A stretch of 64,000 nt of DNA from an uncultured virus (IMG/VR IMGVR_UViG_3300017971_006749) (taxonomy: Duplodnaviria; Heunggongvirae; Uroviricota; Caudoviricetes), in the IMG/VR virus record IMGVR_UViG_3300017971_006749; one strand, written 5' to 3'. Below are positions 40,287 through 50,492 of the stretch, one piece after another; the stretch's first letter is position 1, and every line of letters begins with the position of its first letter. The position numbers and the translations under genes were made by a program. The notes beneath the pieces are model-generated. The model was not told where the DNA came from. It did no database searches and worked only from the letters and a program-made list of their open reading frames with translations.

Positions 40287-40549
40287 TATCTTACCTCCTC
40301 TATCCAGCCCTTTTTCTTAGCTACATTAAATAATGACCCCTTATCAAACATAATAATACTACCGACAATCCACCAAGTAACTTTACCAGCAACCTTAGCG
40401 CCTGGATTCTCAGCCTTTAGATTGCTTACTGTTGCAAAGGTTACCTTGAACAGTAATGAAGCCTCTTTGATAGAAATCAAGTCACGTCCCATTGGTAATC
40501 CTTTATCCTGTATTTCTTTGTATCTTTCAATCTCTTCTGTTGTGAGCAT
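40286..40549 (-). CDS. Small HTH protein (excisionase/MerR-like)
   Basis: LISIKEASLLFKVTFATVSNL; AGGAGGT RBS. Confidence 0.45.
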   Translation of the reverse strand: MLTTEEIERYKEIQDKGLPMGRDLISIKEASLLFKVTFATVSNLKAENPGAKVAGKVTWWIVGSIIMFDKGSLFNVAKKKGWIEEVR

Positions 40550-40566
40550 TTAATCACCTCCTGACA

Positions 40567-40600
40567 TAAAAAAAGTAGAGACAAATTCCTTCATCTCTAC
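40567..40600 (-). terminator. Intrinsic terminator
   Basis: AGTAGAGA...TCTCTACT followed by a T run. Confidence 0.65.
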
Positions 40601-40601
40601 T

Positions 40602-40630
40602 ATTATAACAAAGTATAATGAAAAAGTCAA
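40602..40630 (-). promoter_or_regulatory. Sigma70-like promoter (shared motif, copy 3)
   Basis: TTGACT-ttttcattatactttgt-TATAAT. Confidence 0.8.
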
Positions 40631-40670
40631 ATGTTTTTTAGGCTATCCCCCTCCCCATCCACCCTTTTAA

Positions 40671-41057
40671 TCATATTCGTAACCAACCATTTCCTGTAAG
40701 AATTGCCAAAAGAACAATTCCCCAAAAAACTGCCATGACCGCATGTGATATATATTGGTGTAAATGCTCAATATAGCCATAATTTCGATATTCTGTGTAA
40801 GAAAAGAACCAACAGATAACAGATAAGAAAAGAAGAACCGCACTTATACACAACTGTATACGTTTATACATCATCATCTTGATTACATAACTTATCAATA
40901 ATAATACTGAAAAACTGCCGACTGCCTTTAATTGAATCAGCATAGAAACAATGCCAAAACAGACCATCAATACCGCAATCCCGCCTACATGCCACAGAAT
41001 AATATGATGTAAAGTCTTTGTCCAACCTTCACGCCTCGCTTCATACATATCCGTCAC
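40671..41057 (-). CDS. Membrane protein (about 4 TM helices)
   Basis: Four hydrophobic segments. Confidence 0.65.
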   Translation of the reverse strand: MTDMYEARREGWTKTLHHIILWHVGGIAVLMVCFGIVSMLIQLKAVGSFSVLLLISYVIKMMMYKRIQLCISAVLLFLSVICWFFSYTEYRNYGYIEHLHQYISHAVMAVFWGIVLLAILTGNGWLRI

Positions 41058-41087
41058 TCACCATCACCCCCAACAGTTAAATGCTTT

Positions 41088-41675
41088 TTAGGCTATCGAC
41101 CTCAGTTCCGTTATCGTACCATATAGATATACATCCGAAGTACCACCACTGGTTGTAATTTTTATTTCGATACCACCGGTATTAAGTGATCGCATATCTA
41201 CCGATGCCAACACCCCGTAAGGATCGCTAAAAATATCAACATCCGTCAACACTCTTTGATATGTGGTAGTCAAATGCACCAACATACGAGTAAAATATTC
41301 GGTAGTAAGGCTCATTGGTACTGATGAGCTAAACGTTAAAGCGCGATAATATAATCGAAAATTTATCTCGATATAAGTCCCGGAATTGCTATAATCTCGG
41401 GCTGAATCAAATGTAAAAACCACACCATCAGAATCAACATTCGCAAAAGCCTGTCCTTCTATTACCATATTTTGGTCAGAATGTCGATAATTATAAGCTG
41501 TATTCCCTGCAAGTCTAGCTCCCCATTGCCGTGTGCCAGGGTCTTTATATCCGGGTACAATATTCAAGGCCGTGAATGTCGCAGTATTTACATCCTCGTC
41601 TCCAAAACCTAGAGCTTGTTTAACAGTTAATAACCATCCTGCTAATATAGCGCATATAGCTATTAATATCTTCAT
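41088..41675 (-). CDS. Hypothetical beta-rich protein with signal peptide
   Basis: MKILIAICAILAGWLLTVKQALG. Confidence 0.55.
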   Translation of the reverse strand: MKILIAICAILAGWLLTVKQALGFGDEDVNTATFTALNIVPGYKDPGTRQWGARLAGNTAYNYRHSDQNMVIEGQAFANVDSDGVVFTFDSARDYSNSGTYIEINFRLYYRALTFSSSVPMSLTTEYFTRMLVHLTTTYQRVLTDVDIFSDPYGVLASVDMRSLNTGGIEIKITTSGGTSDVYLYGTITELRSIA

Positions 41676-41693
41676 ACCACACTCCTCTTATTT

Positions 41694-43139
41694 TTACCAG
41701 AAAATAAATGAAGATTCCACCCCATTTCCCCAATCATCTATCGGAGCAATGGTAGATTCAACAACCCCATTACTATTCCCTTCCTGATCGAATTGAGGTT
41801 TATTATCGAGATCATTATTACTAAAGAATAAAAACCGTTCTAACCAATTCACATCAAAGTTTCCACCAGTTATTCCAAGTCCATCTCCTTCATCTATCTC
41901 ACTACTAAACCACCAGAATTTACCCTGTAAAGCAGAAGCATCATATAGCACAGCTTGAGTCATCTGTTGATCTAAATTTGTCTGTAGGCGATGAACTTCA
42001 ACATATTCATCAGTAGCAAATAAAGCCGGGTCGGTAATATCCACTATATTACCTAAATCCATCGCCAGCCCTTCGCCATTTCTTAACCACGAAATCTTAG
42101 CATCATAAGTTGAAATTGGCTCTGCAAACCTACCTAATAATCGCGAAGCTACTATATCCAAATCGTAGGTATTGATAATCTCCCATTTAGTCGTAAGCTC
42201 TAATGTCTTTCGTCCATGTTTATTTACACTGGCAGTATCTTGCTCTGACGAATGACTGACCTGACTCTGACCATATTTCCACGAAACATTATTTACAATG
42301 GCATCCAAATCCGCACCATTACTTGATAGGATGATTTCAGGCTCTTTAACTGTTACATCGCCGACGAAGCTATAAAGACCTCTGGCTGAACTTCTTTCCT
42401 GAGAAGGAGCATAAACGTAGACATTAACCTTACCATCCTTACCACTATACAGGAAACCACCTATCTGTTTCATCAGGTCTGTAGCCATATCAAGAAACTT
42501 ACTACCAACAGGCCATGTCGTATCACCTATTATCGTCCCTTCAGTAACAGCCCTAGCAGCCGCTTTACTCGTTGCATCAAATAACGATTCAGTATCTTCT
42601 AACGTATCCATATTGAACCATGTCAATTGAAAATAATCGTCAAATAAATATTCCAAAATGTCGATAGGATTCATGCCATCAACAACATCATTATCAATAG
42701 TTAAACTCTCATTACCAGTAATAGCAGTATCTTTCATGTCCTGTAAGGCATCATATATTATCATGTTGGCAGTCCAGCTACTAGCATCACTTAGATGTTT
42801 TATACGTCCCTGAAACTGTACTGCTGGCTCATTAGACCACGTTGACCCCCATCCAGAAGTAATACGAACCCAATCTTTGATATACTGCTTGCCGTAAAAT
42901 ATCGAGTCTGGATTCAATCTACTGTACTGATTATCTTCATTCTTTAGAGTCATGGTAACATCAGCTATTTTACTAATACCATGTTCTTTATCAAGCTGCC
43001 GCCTGATAGCTGTGGTAGACAATCTATCTTCGGTCAAGCTGTACTTCTGATCTCCCGGTACATATACCTCTATAATATAGCTAGGTATATCGCCAAGTAT
43101 ATATACTTCAACATCTGTGTCAGTCGTATGTATTGCCAT
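41694..43139 (-). CDS. Probable tail hub/baseplate-like protein
   Basis: Acidic 481 aa; QFQGRI, NP.DIL, YSGKDGKV, SVNKHGRK..EL, MDLGNIVDITDP resemble tail-tip proteins. Confidence 0.5.
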   Translation of the reverse strand: MAIHTTDTDVEVYILGDIPSYIIEVYVPGDQKYSLTEDRLSTTAIRRQLDKEHGISKIADVTMTLKNEDNQYSRLNPDSIFYGKQYIKDWVRITSGWGSTWSNEPAVQFQGRIKHLSDASSWTANMIIYDALQDMKDTAITGNESLTIDNDVVDGMNPIDILEYLFDDYFQLTWFNMDTLEDTESLFDATSKAAARAVTEGTIIGDTTWPVGSKFLDMATDLMKQIGGFLYSGKDGKVNVYVYAPSQERSSARGLYSFVGDVTVKEPEIILSSNGADLDAIVNNVSWKYGQSQVSHSSEQDTASVNKHGRKTLELTTKWEIINTYDLDIVASRLLGRFAEPISTYDAKISWLRNGEGLAMDLGNIVDITDPALFATDEYVEVHRLQTNLDQQMTQAVLYDASALQGKFWWFSSEIDEGDGLGITGGNFDVNWLERFLFFSNNDLDNKPQFDQEGNSNGVVESTIAPIDDWGNGVESSFIFW

Positions 43140-43147
43140 ATCAATAC

Positions 43148-43609
43148 CTATACATCAATAATTCGACGTGAATGTAAGACCGTATCAATATCTAAATCTC
43201 CATCGTCGTCTCTGTCTATTCTCGCTATAATAGCAATAGTGAGAATATCGCCCCAAAACCTTTCCAGCGGATGGTCTACCTCGAATAGATGCAATGCCCG
43301 ATCAAACTTTGGTATTTCCTCCAATAGCTCTGTTGCTAATATACCGTCTGGATTCTCAATTATGGTAGCAGCTTCAGCTTCTAATGCCTCTTTATTTTTC
43401 TGTAGCTTCTCTAAGGCCTGTTTAATCTCCAACAGTCGGGGATTATTCACAGCATTAGCCTGATGATTCCTTAACCATAGAAGAATATCATCTTTAGCTC
43501 CCTGCAAAGTAGAAGCTCTGCCAATAGTTTCAGTCTCAGTAATTTCATATAAATATGATCCATCCTTCTCCTGCTGTACCCTTACCAATTCATCACTCCA
43601 TCCAGCCAT
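43148..43609 (-). CDS. Hypothetical protein
   Basis: 153 aa, GGAGG RBS. Confidence 0.55.
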   Translation of the reverse strand: MAGWSDELVRVQQEKDGSYLYEITETETIGRASTLQGAKDDILLWLRNHQANAVNNPRLLEIKQALEKLQKNKEALEAEAATIIENPDGILATELLEEIPKFDRALHLFEVDHPLERFWGDILTIAIIARIDRDDDGDLDIDTVLHSRRIIDV

Positions 43610-43618
43610 ATTAACCTC

Positions 43619-44605
43619 CTATCTATCCCATAAGACTTTCACAATCTCAAAACCTTGATCATAATATGCTTGCTCTAATTGTTGATACTGTGCTTCATCC
43701 TTATACAACCCTATTACTGCTCCGCCGCTTCCCGGCAACTTAACAGGACAATCTAATTCAGTAGCAATCTCAATCATTTTAATATTATCCTGACCTATAT
43801 CGCCATATAAACCCAATCTGGTAGTAAAATTCCATTTCATAAGATGACCGAAATCATCCATTTTACCTTTACCTAATACTGACTTAGCTCCCTGAGCTAT
43901 CTTAGCCAGTTTAGCCATAGTCTCTATTACTTCTCTATCGCCTTGCTCAAATCTATACCGTATAGGATTATGTATCTGCCCTGATTCTTTACATGGATGA
44001 TTGGTATAAGCTATAAAGGCTGGTGGTAACTCATAATATAACTGTTCATATTTACCATTATCAGGATCGGCTAAATCCATGTATACCAGGCCGCCATAAG
44101 CCTGTGCTACCCTATCCTGAAGGCCAGCAGTAATCCCTAATTCTTTATTCTCCACAGACCATGCTAAATGAGCTTTCTCAGCCTTCGTAATCTCTACCTG
44201 ATAATATTCCAGTAGGCAGTTTAGAAGAGCCATTACCAAAGCACTAGAGCCTCCTAAGCCTACCTGTCGTGGTATTGTGGAATTATATTTAATACTGAAG
44301 CCATACCCGGACTTCATCTCTGGCTGATACTGTTTCTGGAATAATGAACAGGTGGCCTTGATAAGCCGTAATGTACCATAATAGCCGTATTTTTCTGTAT
44401 GGTTAGCTAAATCCTGTAATGACTTATAAGTCAACGTATCCATAGCAGTATTAGGCATTATAATTATACCTTCACGTCCTCGTGGCTCTATAGATACAAA
44501 TGCTTGCCAATTCTTTACACAAGCTGATAACGTCTTGCCGTAGAAGCCATCTGAAGGATTCCCGGCTAATCCTACCCTTGCATATACTGACGAAGAAATA
44601 ATCAT
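43619..44605 (-). CDS. GHMP sugar kinase, glucuronokinase-like
   Basis: ARVGLAGNPSDG, IPRQVGLGGSSA, AGLQDR, KLPGSGGA. Confidence 0.85.
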   Translation of the reverse strand: MIISSSVYARVGLAGNPSDGFYGKTLSACVKNWQAFVSIEPRGREGIIIMPNTAMDTLTYKSLQDLANHTEKYGYYGTLRLIKATCSLFQKQYQPEMKSGYGFSIKYNSTIPRQVGLGGSSALVMALLNCLLEYYQVEITKAEKAHLAWSVENKELGITAGLQDRVAQAYGGLVYMDLADPDNGKYEQLYYELPPAFIAYTNHPCKESGQIHNPIRYRFEQGDREVIETMAKLAKIAQGAKSVLGKGKMDDFGHLMKWNFTTRLGLYGDIGQDNIKMIEIATELDCPVKLPGSGGAVIGLYKDEAQYQQLEQAYYDQGFEIVKVLWDR

Positions 44606-44658
44606 CGGTTGCCTCCTACTGGCAATTATACCATACTGTTATCAAATGGTCAAATAGT

Positions 44659-45735
44659 TTATATATCAAACCCACATTTAGGAACTGGTTTAGGCTCAAT
44701 AGGCTCTTGAATAATATATATCTCTTCCAATTCATGTACCCGTTCAGTCAATTCTAAATTCTTCTCACTCAATATTCTATTCTCTTCTTCTAAACTGTCC
44801 GTCTCGGTGAAGTATGTGTCCATTTCATGCTGTATATTAGCCAGTGTAGCATCCTTTACCGACTTATCATAAGGCCAATCGCAATACTTATCAAATTCAG
44901 CTTGTAATAAATCACGGCTTTCTAATGCGCCTTGAAAGGCTTTTGACTTGCTGGAACGAATACCCATACGAGCTAGATGTTTAGGCATTGGTTTCATCAG
45001 ATTAGCTGTCCAATTCCCCTCCCAGAATCTACCATGTACCATTAACAATTCTAAGCCATTCATGGTCATGAGCTTTCCAGCTTTCCAATAAGCCCTAGTC
45101 TCAGGTTTCACCTGAAGATGATGGACTCCAGTAACACATTCACAAGGTATAGTCATAATATCATTAAGTCTGCCGGTTTTCATCAGAAAGATATTTACCA
45201 AATCAAAGTCTGCCCCTGCGCCAGTCCTCTTCTTATGTTCATATAACCCACCCCAGACATCCTTACCATGCCTCTCTATATCCATGATTGTTGGCACTGA
45301 AGTTATAGTTTTATAATCAAAAATGTCTGGTATATCATTCATCTTAAATTTTTCATGCCAATGTGGACCATAACGATTATTGCTGGCATTGCTTCCACCG
45401 ACCACAAGTCCTGCATCAGCCACTTTGTACCAGTTGAGCATAGAAGCTGTGAAGAACATATCTGAATCATAGACCCCCACAACTCCATCAATCTCACAGG
45501 CTACTCTAAATCTTTCGAGTTTACAAGCATGAACATGACCTTTAGGATGTGTAATCTTTAGCCACTCATCTACCATGCTATCATGCTTTTCTCGAAACTC
45601 TGGCTCAAGATCATAGTCAAGACAATAAAGCTTGATTTCGTCATTAGGATGATGTGTCCTAAAACTTCGGATGAAAGCCGACATGCCCGGTTGATAACCT
45701 TTATTCGCCGCCACGACTGCTGAAAATTGTGTCAT
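44659..45735 (-). CDS. GT-A glycosyltransferase-like protein (GT8-like), paralog 1
   Basis: AANKGYQPG, KLERF, YDSDMF, MVHGRFW. Confidence 0.65.
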   Translation of the reverse strand: MTQFSAVVAANKGYQPGMSAFIRSFRTHHPNDEIKLYCLDYDLEPEFREKHDSMVDEWLKITHPKGHVHACKLERFRVACEIDGVVGVYDSDMFFTASMLNWYKVADAGLVVGGSNASNNRYGPHWHEKFKMNDIPDIFDYKTITSVPTIMDIERHGKDVWGGLYEHKKRTGAGADFDLVNIFLMKTGRLNDIMTIPCECVTGVHHLQVKPETRAYWKAGKLMTMNGLELLMVHGRFWEGNWTANLMKPMPKHLARMGIRSSKSKAFQGALESRDLLQAEFDKYCDWPYDKSVKDATLANIQHEMDTYFTETDSLEEENRILSEKNLELTERVHELEEIYIIQEPIEPKPVPKCGFDI

Positions 45736-45739
45736 TATT

Positions 45740-46687
45740 TCACCTCATATTTAATTCCATTAATTTATCTGGATCAATTATACTTTGATCTAAAAAAGGT
45801 GGATATATACACTCAAAACCTGCTGCCTGTTTATGACCACCTCCACGTTTACCATGATACTTATATTCTTTTGCTATCTCCGAAACATCAATATCCTTAT
45901 CCGTGTATAGGCTAATCATCCAGTAGCCATCTTTCATATATCTAAACGTTAGCCATATATCTGCTTCTGGAACAACGGCCTCAAAAGGGTGAGAATCAAA
46001 ACGTCCATTTGCAGCATAGCATTTATAATCATGAAAATCTATCCAGAAGCCATTAGTCCTGATATATTCTTGTTGTGTTCTATCCTTATAACATTGGATA
46101 GTTCTGCCTTCAAGTATCACATGATTCACATAGGCATGTTCATAACGTAAAGAGTTCCAAACTGATGCTAAAGGAGAAGTATCATAGGCTTGTAGACCGG
46201 TACAGAAATGTTTGGCCTTTTTCCCATATTTCCATGTCCATGTATCTCTATCTCCAATCAGTCGTATATATTCAGGACTATCTTCTTGCTTATGCTCTCC
46301 CTTCTTTAATATATTCCACCATACCCATCTGTAAGTAAGCTCACAACCAGCCATAGGCGCAGGGAAATCATCAGGCTTGGTACTTATTTGTCTGAGTCCT
46401 TGTATCTCAACAGGGAAATCCTTATATTTTTCTATAGCCGTCTTGTGATGATCAATCCATATTATGTTCTCAGTTATTGCCAGAAGTCTTAACATTTCTT
46501 CAGGCTCTATGGAATAATCAAGGATATAAACCCTCTCATCAACATCTATATCATCAAAAGGAAATTCAATACCGTAGTTAATAGGCCTTATATCTCTCTC
46601 TTCTGTAGGCCAATTATCATAATTATTGATTATATGAGCAGCACATCTACCATCTAAATCATCGTGATAAAATACTTTCATAGTCAT
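45740..46687 (-). CDS. DHH/DHHA1 phosphoesterase
   Basis: YHDDLDG, WIDHHKTA, DRDTW, GGGHKQAAGF. Confidence 0.9.
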   Translation of the reverse strand: MTMKVFYHDDLDGRCAAHIINNYDNWPTEERDIRPINYGIEFPFDDIDVDERVYILDYSIEPEEMLRLLAITENIIWIDHHKTAIEKYKDFPVEIQGLRQISTKPDDFPAPMAGCELTYRWVWWNILKKGEHKQEDSPEYIRLIGDRDTWTWKYGKKAKHFCTGLQAYDTSPLASVWNSLRYEHAYVNHVILEGRTIQCYKDRTQQEYIRTNGFWIDFHDYKCYAANGRFDSHPFEAVVPEADIWLTFRYMKDGYWMISLYTDKDIDVSEIAKEYKYHGKRGGGHKQAAGFECIYPPFLDQSIIDPDKLMELNMR

Positions 46688-46798
46688 CTCCAGCTAATAA
46701 TGATTCTTCAATAGTAAGAGAAAGAACCATTTTATTTTGCCCCTTCTCCTCCACTCTAGCATACCATTCATCAAAAGCATGTCTCGCTGTAGTTTGTT

Positions 46799-47761
46799 TC
46801 ACTTAAGATTTCTCCATTGTATATCAGGATCGGGTATAGCTAGATTAGTATGTATTTTCTTAATCCAATCTTTGCAATCTTGATTGAATTTCTTTAAGTC
46901 TCTATACATCCATAAAAATTCCTCAATAGTTCTTTCCCATTCCATCCAATGTGCTATTACACGATAACCAACTCTGGTATGATCTACAGCATAATAATAA
47001 CCTGCTGGAAAGGTCATTTTATCTCCCTGCACACAGTGGCCTGATTCTGCCGTTATTACTATAACATTCTGACCAGCAAGTAAGGATAACAATGTTGTAC
47101 CTGTAGCAGTTCCAATCCTCATCTTAGCCTTAGCTATAGCCCATAAAGTACAATCCAATATCTCAACAGGATCATCAACTAAATCCCATACAGCAGGACA
47201 TTCAAGATGTGCTGTACTATCCGGCTGACCTGCTACCAAACATCTAATACCTTCCGTTTCTAAAGCCTGTTGAAATTCATGCCAATATGGAAATGACCTC
47301 ATCGCTGCATAACCCTGACATCTAGCAAAAAGCAATACATCAAAATCACAATCATATTCCTTGTTGTATTCTGGTATGAAATATTTATTTGCCCATTTGA
47401 AAGGCTCTACCGGCCCTATATACTTCCTTCGCCATTGTGGAGGCCTACCTGTCTTGATATGTTCATCCCAGACTTCAGGCTCAAAATGTTTTCTTATTTG
47501 ATCATGATAAGGTATAAATCCTTTAGGTACATTTTTACCGGCTTGTTGATAGATATTACCTCCTGCCTTCCGTTGAATAGCTGGTGGTCGTTCATAGGTA
47601 TATCGTTCGACACATCTTGGATATAAAGCTTCCATGCCTTTCTCATGACAGACAATCAAATCTCCTTTATATCCATATATACCCGGTACATGCTTCATTA
47701 TAGTACCTGATCCAAACTCTCCCATAAAAGGAAGGCATATAGGTATATCTTTATTTTTCAT
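46799..47761 (-). CDS. Putative GT-B (GT9-like) glycosyltransferase
   Basis: PFMGEFG, RSFPYW, AIAKAKMRIGTATGTTLLS resembles the GT9 C-terminus. Confidence 0.5.
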   Translation of the reverse strand: MKNKDIPICLPFMGEFGSGTIMKHVPGIYGYKGDLIVCHEKGMEALYPRCVERYTYERPPAIQRKAGGNIYQQAGKNVPKGFIPYHDQIRKHFEPEVWDEHIKTGRPPQWRRKYIGPVEPFKWANKYFIPEYNKEYDCDFDVLLFARCQGYAAMRSFPYWHEFQQALETEGIRCLVAGQPDSTAHLECPAVWDLVDDPVEILDCTLWAIAKAKMRIGTATGTTLLSLLAGQNVIVITAESGHCVQGDKMTFPAGYYYAVDHTRVGYRVIAHWMEWERTIEEFLWMYRDLKKFNQDCKDWIKKIHTNLAIPDPDIQWRNLK

Positions 47762-47881
47762 CTAAATCCCACCTCATATATTTCACCACATTCAGGACAT
47801 TCGATAAACTTAATATGCCAATTAAATAATACGATAAACGTTTTACCACATTCATCGCAGATATGCTCCTGTAGAATAAAA

Positions 47882-48307
47882 TTATATTCCATTATATTCA
47901 CTAGAACTATTTTCATAATCAGCTTCTTCCTTTAGCATCTCATAAATTTTCTGAATATCATATCCTATCTTATTCAATATCTTATTGGTATCTCTAACAC
48001 CTCTTAGTTTGCCATTTCGTTTTAGATATGGACATGGCAACTTCTTAATCTTACCATATAGCCTACATACTTTAGGCCGCTGCTCATAGATACTACATTG
48101 ATTTATCTCTCTATCCAAGAAAGCACATAAACCATCATCGGTATAAAGCAGCTTGAATTGTTCATCCATATCCTGTATTCTAGTAATTTCCACAGCTATC
48201 AAGTCTTTATTTTCTTCATACAAGGCTGATTCGATAGGTACTATACCGCAACATTCTGCTCCTTTGCATTTTCCTGCTGCTATTGCTTTAGAACATCGGA
48301 AGCCCAT
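47882..48307 (-). CDS. YkgJ-family cysteine-cluster protein
   Basis: C..C..CC, CAFLD....CSIYEQRPKVCRLY. Confidence 0.85.
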   Translation of the reverse strand: MGFRCSKAIAAGKCKGAECCGIVPIESALYEENKDLIAVEITRIQDMDEQFKLLYTDDGLCAFLDREINQCSIYEQRPKVCRLYGKIKKLPCPYLKRNGKLRGVRDTNKILNKIGYDIQKIYEMLKEEADYENSSSEYNGI

Positions 48308-48425
48308 CCTTTAATCCTCCTTAGATTCGGCTCTATGCGACTTCAACATCGGTTGTTATATATATATCATAAAGTTATTTAATATCGTTTAGAAACGAAC
48401 CTCGTCAGTTTAATCGGCATGTCTG

Positions 48426-49505
48426 CTATATTATTACCTCCTGACTTTCATCCTTCAATAACAATCCACTCTCAACATCTATATACTCGTTAGGAGAACC
48501 CCATTCTGACCTCCAATCCAGCCGTGTATAACAACAGAAATTGAAATACTTAAATGCTTTCCATATATTAGCTATATTCTGATTCTGCTCTAAGGCTCTA
48601 TGTCGTTGTAACATCTTACCACGACAGGTTTTTTTCTGTAGTGTAGCTCTGAAATGCCACCTACCATGTATAGATAGCATACGATTTAATCTCCATTGGT
48701 CTATATTCCAATCATATAATTCTGACCAATTTATCTCAGTCTTATCGTGAAATTTACATAGATACTTATCATCAGGTAATTTAGGCTCAAGAATATCTAT
48801 ACCAACATTATCATAATTATTATCCCATTCTGTGGTAATATCTCCCCATCGTCTACAAGTCCATCGTATTGAAGGTAACCTGATTATCTCTTCTAATAAT
48901 CCATCCATAATGATCATATAATTCATAGTAGGCATCTCAGACCGCTTAACTACATTCATGCCTAATTTGTGTATCTTGATAAAATGCTCTCCCCAAGTTT
49001 TAGGAGTAAAGAATGTGGCGCATGGATCGTAAGGACAACCGGAGGTAGCATGTATCTCGTATTTCTTATACCAGCCTGAATCAACACGACTTTGATTATA
49101 TTTCCAGTCTACCATAAGAATTCTATCACTCTGCTCTGCTAGCTTGAAATATGAACTTATATCGCCTACTATACACATATCGGCATCCATAAAACCTACA
49201 GCATCATAATCTGTCAGTCTGCCAGCATATAATGACCGATAGAACTTGAGATAATATACAGGCTTATGTCCCTGCTCTTCTAATCCTTCCTTGTTTCTGT
49301 AGTCCAGTAGATTTACAGGAATGAAATTAGGATAATGACCCGATGTTTGCATGTCATCTATGAACTTAACCATCTCTGCACCCGGCCAATAGAGTAGGTG
49401 AAACTCTATATCATCAAAGCCATAATACTTACTGGCATTGAGCATAGCATGGACACCGGGAAGGAGTCTACTATCGGCTGTCATTACTAAGGCATATTTA
49501 GACAT
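48426..49505 (-). CDS. GT-A glycosyltransferase-like protein (GT8-like), paralog 2
   Basis: TADSRLLPG, KFYRS, MDADMC, SIHGRWH. Confidence 0.65.
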   Translation of the reverse strand: MSKYALVMTADSRLLPGVHAMLNASKYYGFDDIEFHLLYWPGAEMVKFIDDMQTSGHYPNFIPVNLLDYRNKEGLEEQGHKPVYYLKFYRSLYAGRLTDYDAVGFMDADMCIVGDISSYFKLAEQSDRILMVDWKYNQSRVDSGWYKKYEIHATSGCPYDPCATFFTPKTWGEHFIKIHKLGMNVVKRSEMPTMNYMIIMDGLLEEIIRLPSIRWTCRRWGDITTEWDNNYDNVGIDILEPKLPDDKYLCKFHDKTEINWSELYDWNIDQWRLNRMLSIHGRWHFRATLQKKTCRGKMLQRHRALEQNQNIANIWKAFKYFNFCCYTRLDWRSEWGSPNEYIDVESGLLLKDESQEVII

Positions 49506-49519
49506 CTTTTCTCCATTGA

Positions 49520-49717
49520 CTAATCGTGTTTAGGACAACCCCCCATGATTACTTTTCCATAAGGTGCTTGATAATGACACTCACATCTCCAAGTACGAAA
49601 ATCTATCTTATTCATTACAAAACATTGCCACGATTTCCATTGATAAGCTGAATATGGTAATGCTCGACGTGCTTTTCTTGCCTTTATTATCCAATAAAAA
49701 GTCCCTTTATTCATCAT
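49520..49717 (-). CDS. Hypothetical protein
   Basis: 65 aa, GAAGGA RBS. Confidence 0.45.
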   Translation of the reverse strand: MMNKGTFYWIIKARKARRALPYSAYQWKSWQCFVMNKIDFRTWRCECHYQAPYGKVIMGGCPKHD

Positions 49718-49850
49718 CTATCCTTCTATTATATATTACTTCTTCTGTTCTTTAATAGGTTATTTAAGAACCTTTCTTTTGTATATTGGATATTCCAATA
49801 AGTTCATGGATTAGCTTGTTGGATTTTCCCACAAGCTAACATTCCTTCTA

Positions 49851-50341
49851 AACTCATTCCGCTGGCTGAGTACCGACTGATACTCCTGAAGAGCATGTAA
49901 ATAAGAAGGGCTGATACGGGAAATCAATATATCCAGAAATCTGCGTCGCTCAGATGGCGCTCCCTTTACCAGAGACAGATCTTCAGGGGAAAACATCACG
50001 ACGTTTATCTTGCCTATTACACTGGATATTCTATCCTGTGGCCTGCCATCTATTTTAACTCGCTTCTTCTCTCCGCAGGCGTTGATTATCTCCACCACGG
50101 TGGACAGGTTTCTGGATGAGACCTGTCCTTTCAGGTAGAACCACTCCTTCTCTTGCTGAATCAACTCGTCATCCCGGTTCGTTCGATGCGATTTTACTGT
50201 GGATAGAAAGTATATTCCCTCCAGAATATTGGTCTTCCCCTGGGCATTTTCACCGGTTATCAGGTTCACTCCGGTAGAGAACTGGAGATGCAGCGATTCA
50301 TAATTGCGAAAGTTGCGAAAAGTAATATTTCCAAGAAACAC
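49851..50341 (-). pseudogene. recF: recF 5' fragment (~163 codons), truncated
   Basis: NFRNY, GENAQGKTNILE, KSHRT, FSPEDL, ERRRFLD, QRN; then runs into unrelated AT-rich DNA and stops at 49811. Confidence 0.93.
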
Positions 50342-50354
50342 GGTAGAAATACTT

Positions 50355-50485
50355 TTGATTTTAGATTTTCGATTCTTGATTATCTAAGAAATTATAATTC
50401 GTACTATCCACTCCTGTCCCTTCTAACGCGAACATGAGCCATCTGATTCCCTGCAATCGAAAATCCAAAATCAGAAATCGAAAAT
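50355..50485. repeat. Inverted array of 7-mer repeats between dnaN and recF
   Basis: TTTTGATTTTAGATTTTCGATT ... AATCGAAAATCCAAAATCAGAAATCGAAAAT. Confidence 0.6.
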
Positions 50486-50492
50486 ACAACCT

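Noticed and set aside
49811..49839. TTAGCTTGT/ACAAGCTAA hairpin beside the left junction as a recombination signal
   Set aside because: No matching structure at the right junction; a single 9 bp stem may be chance
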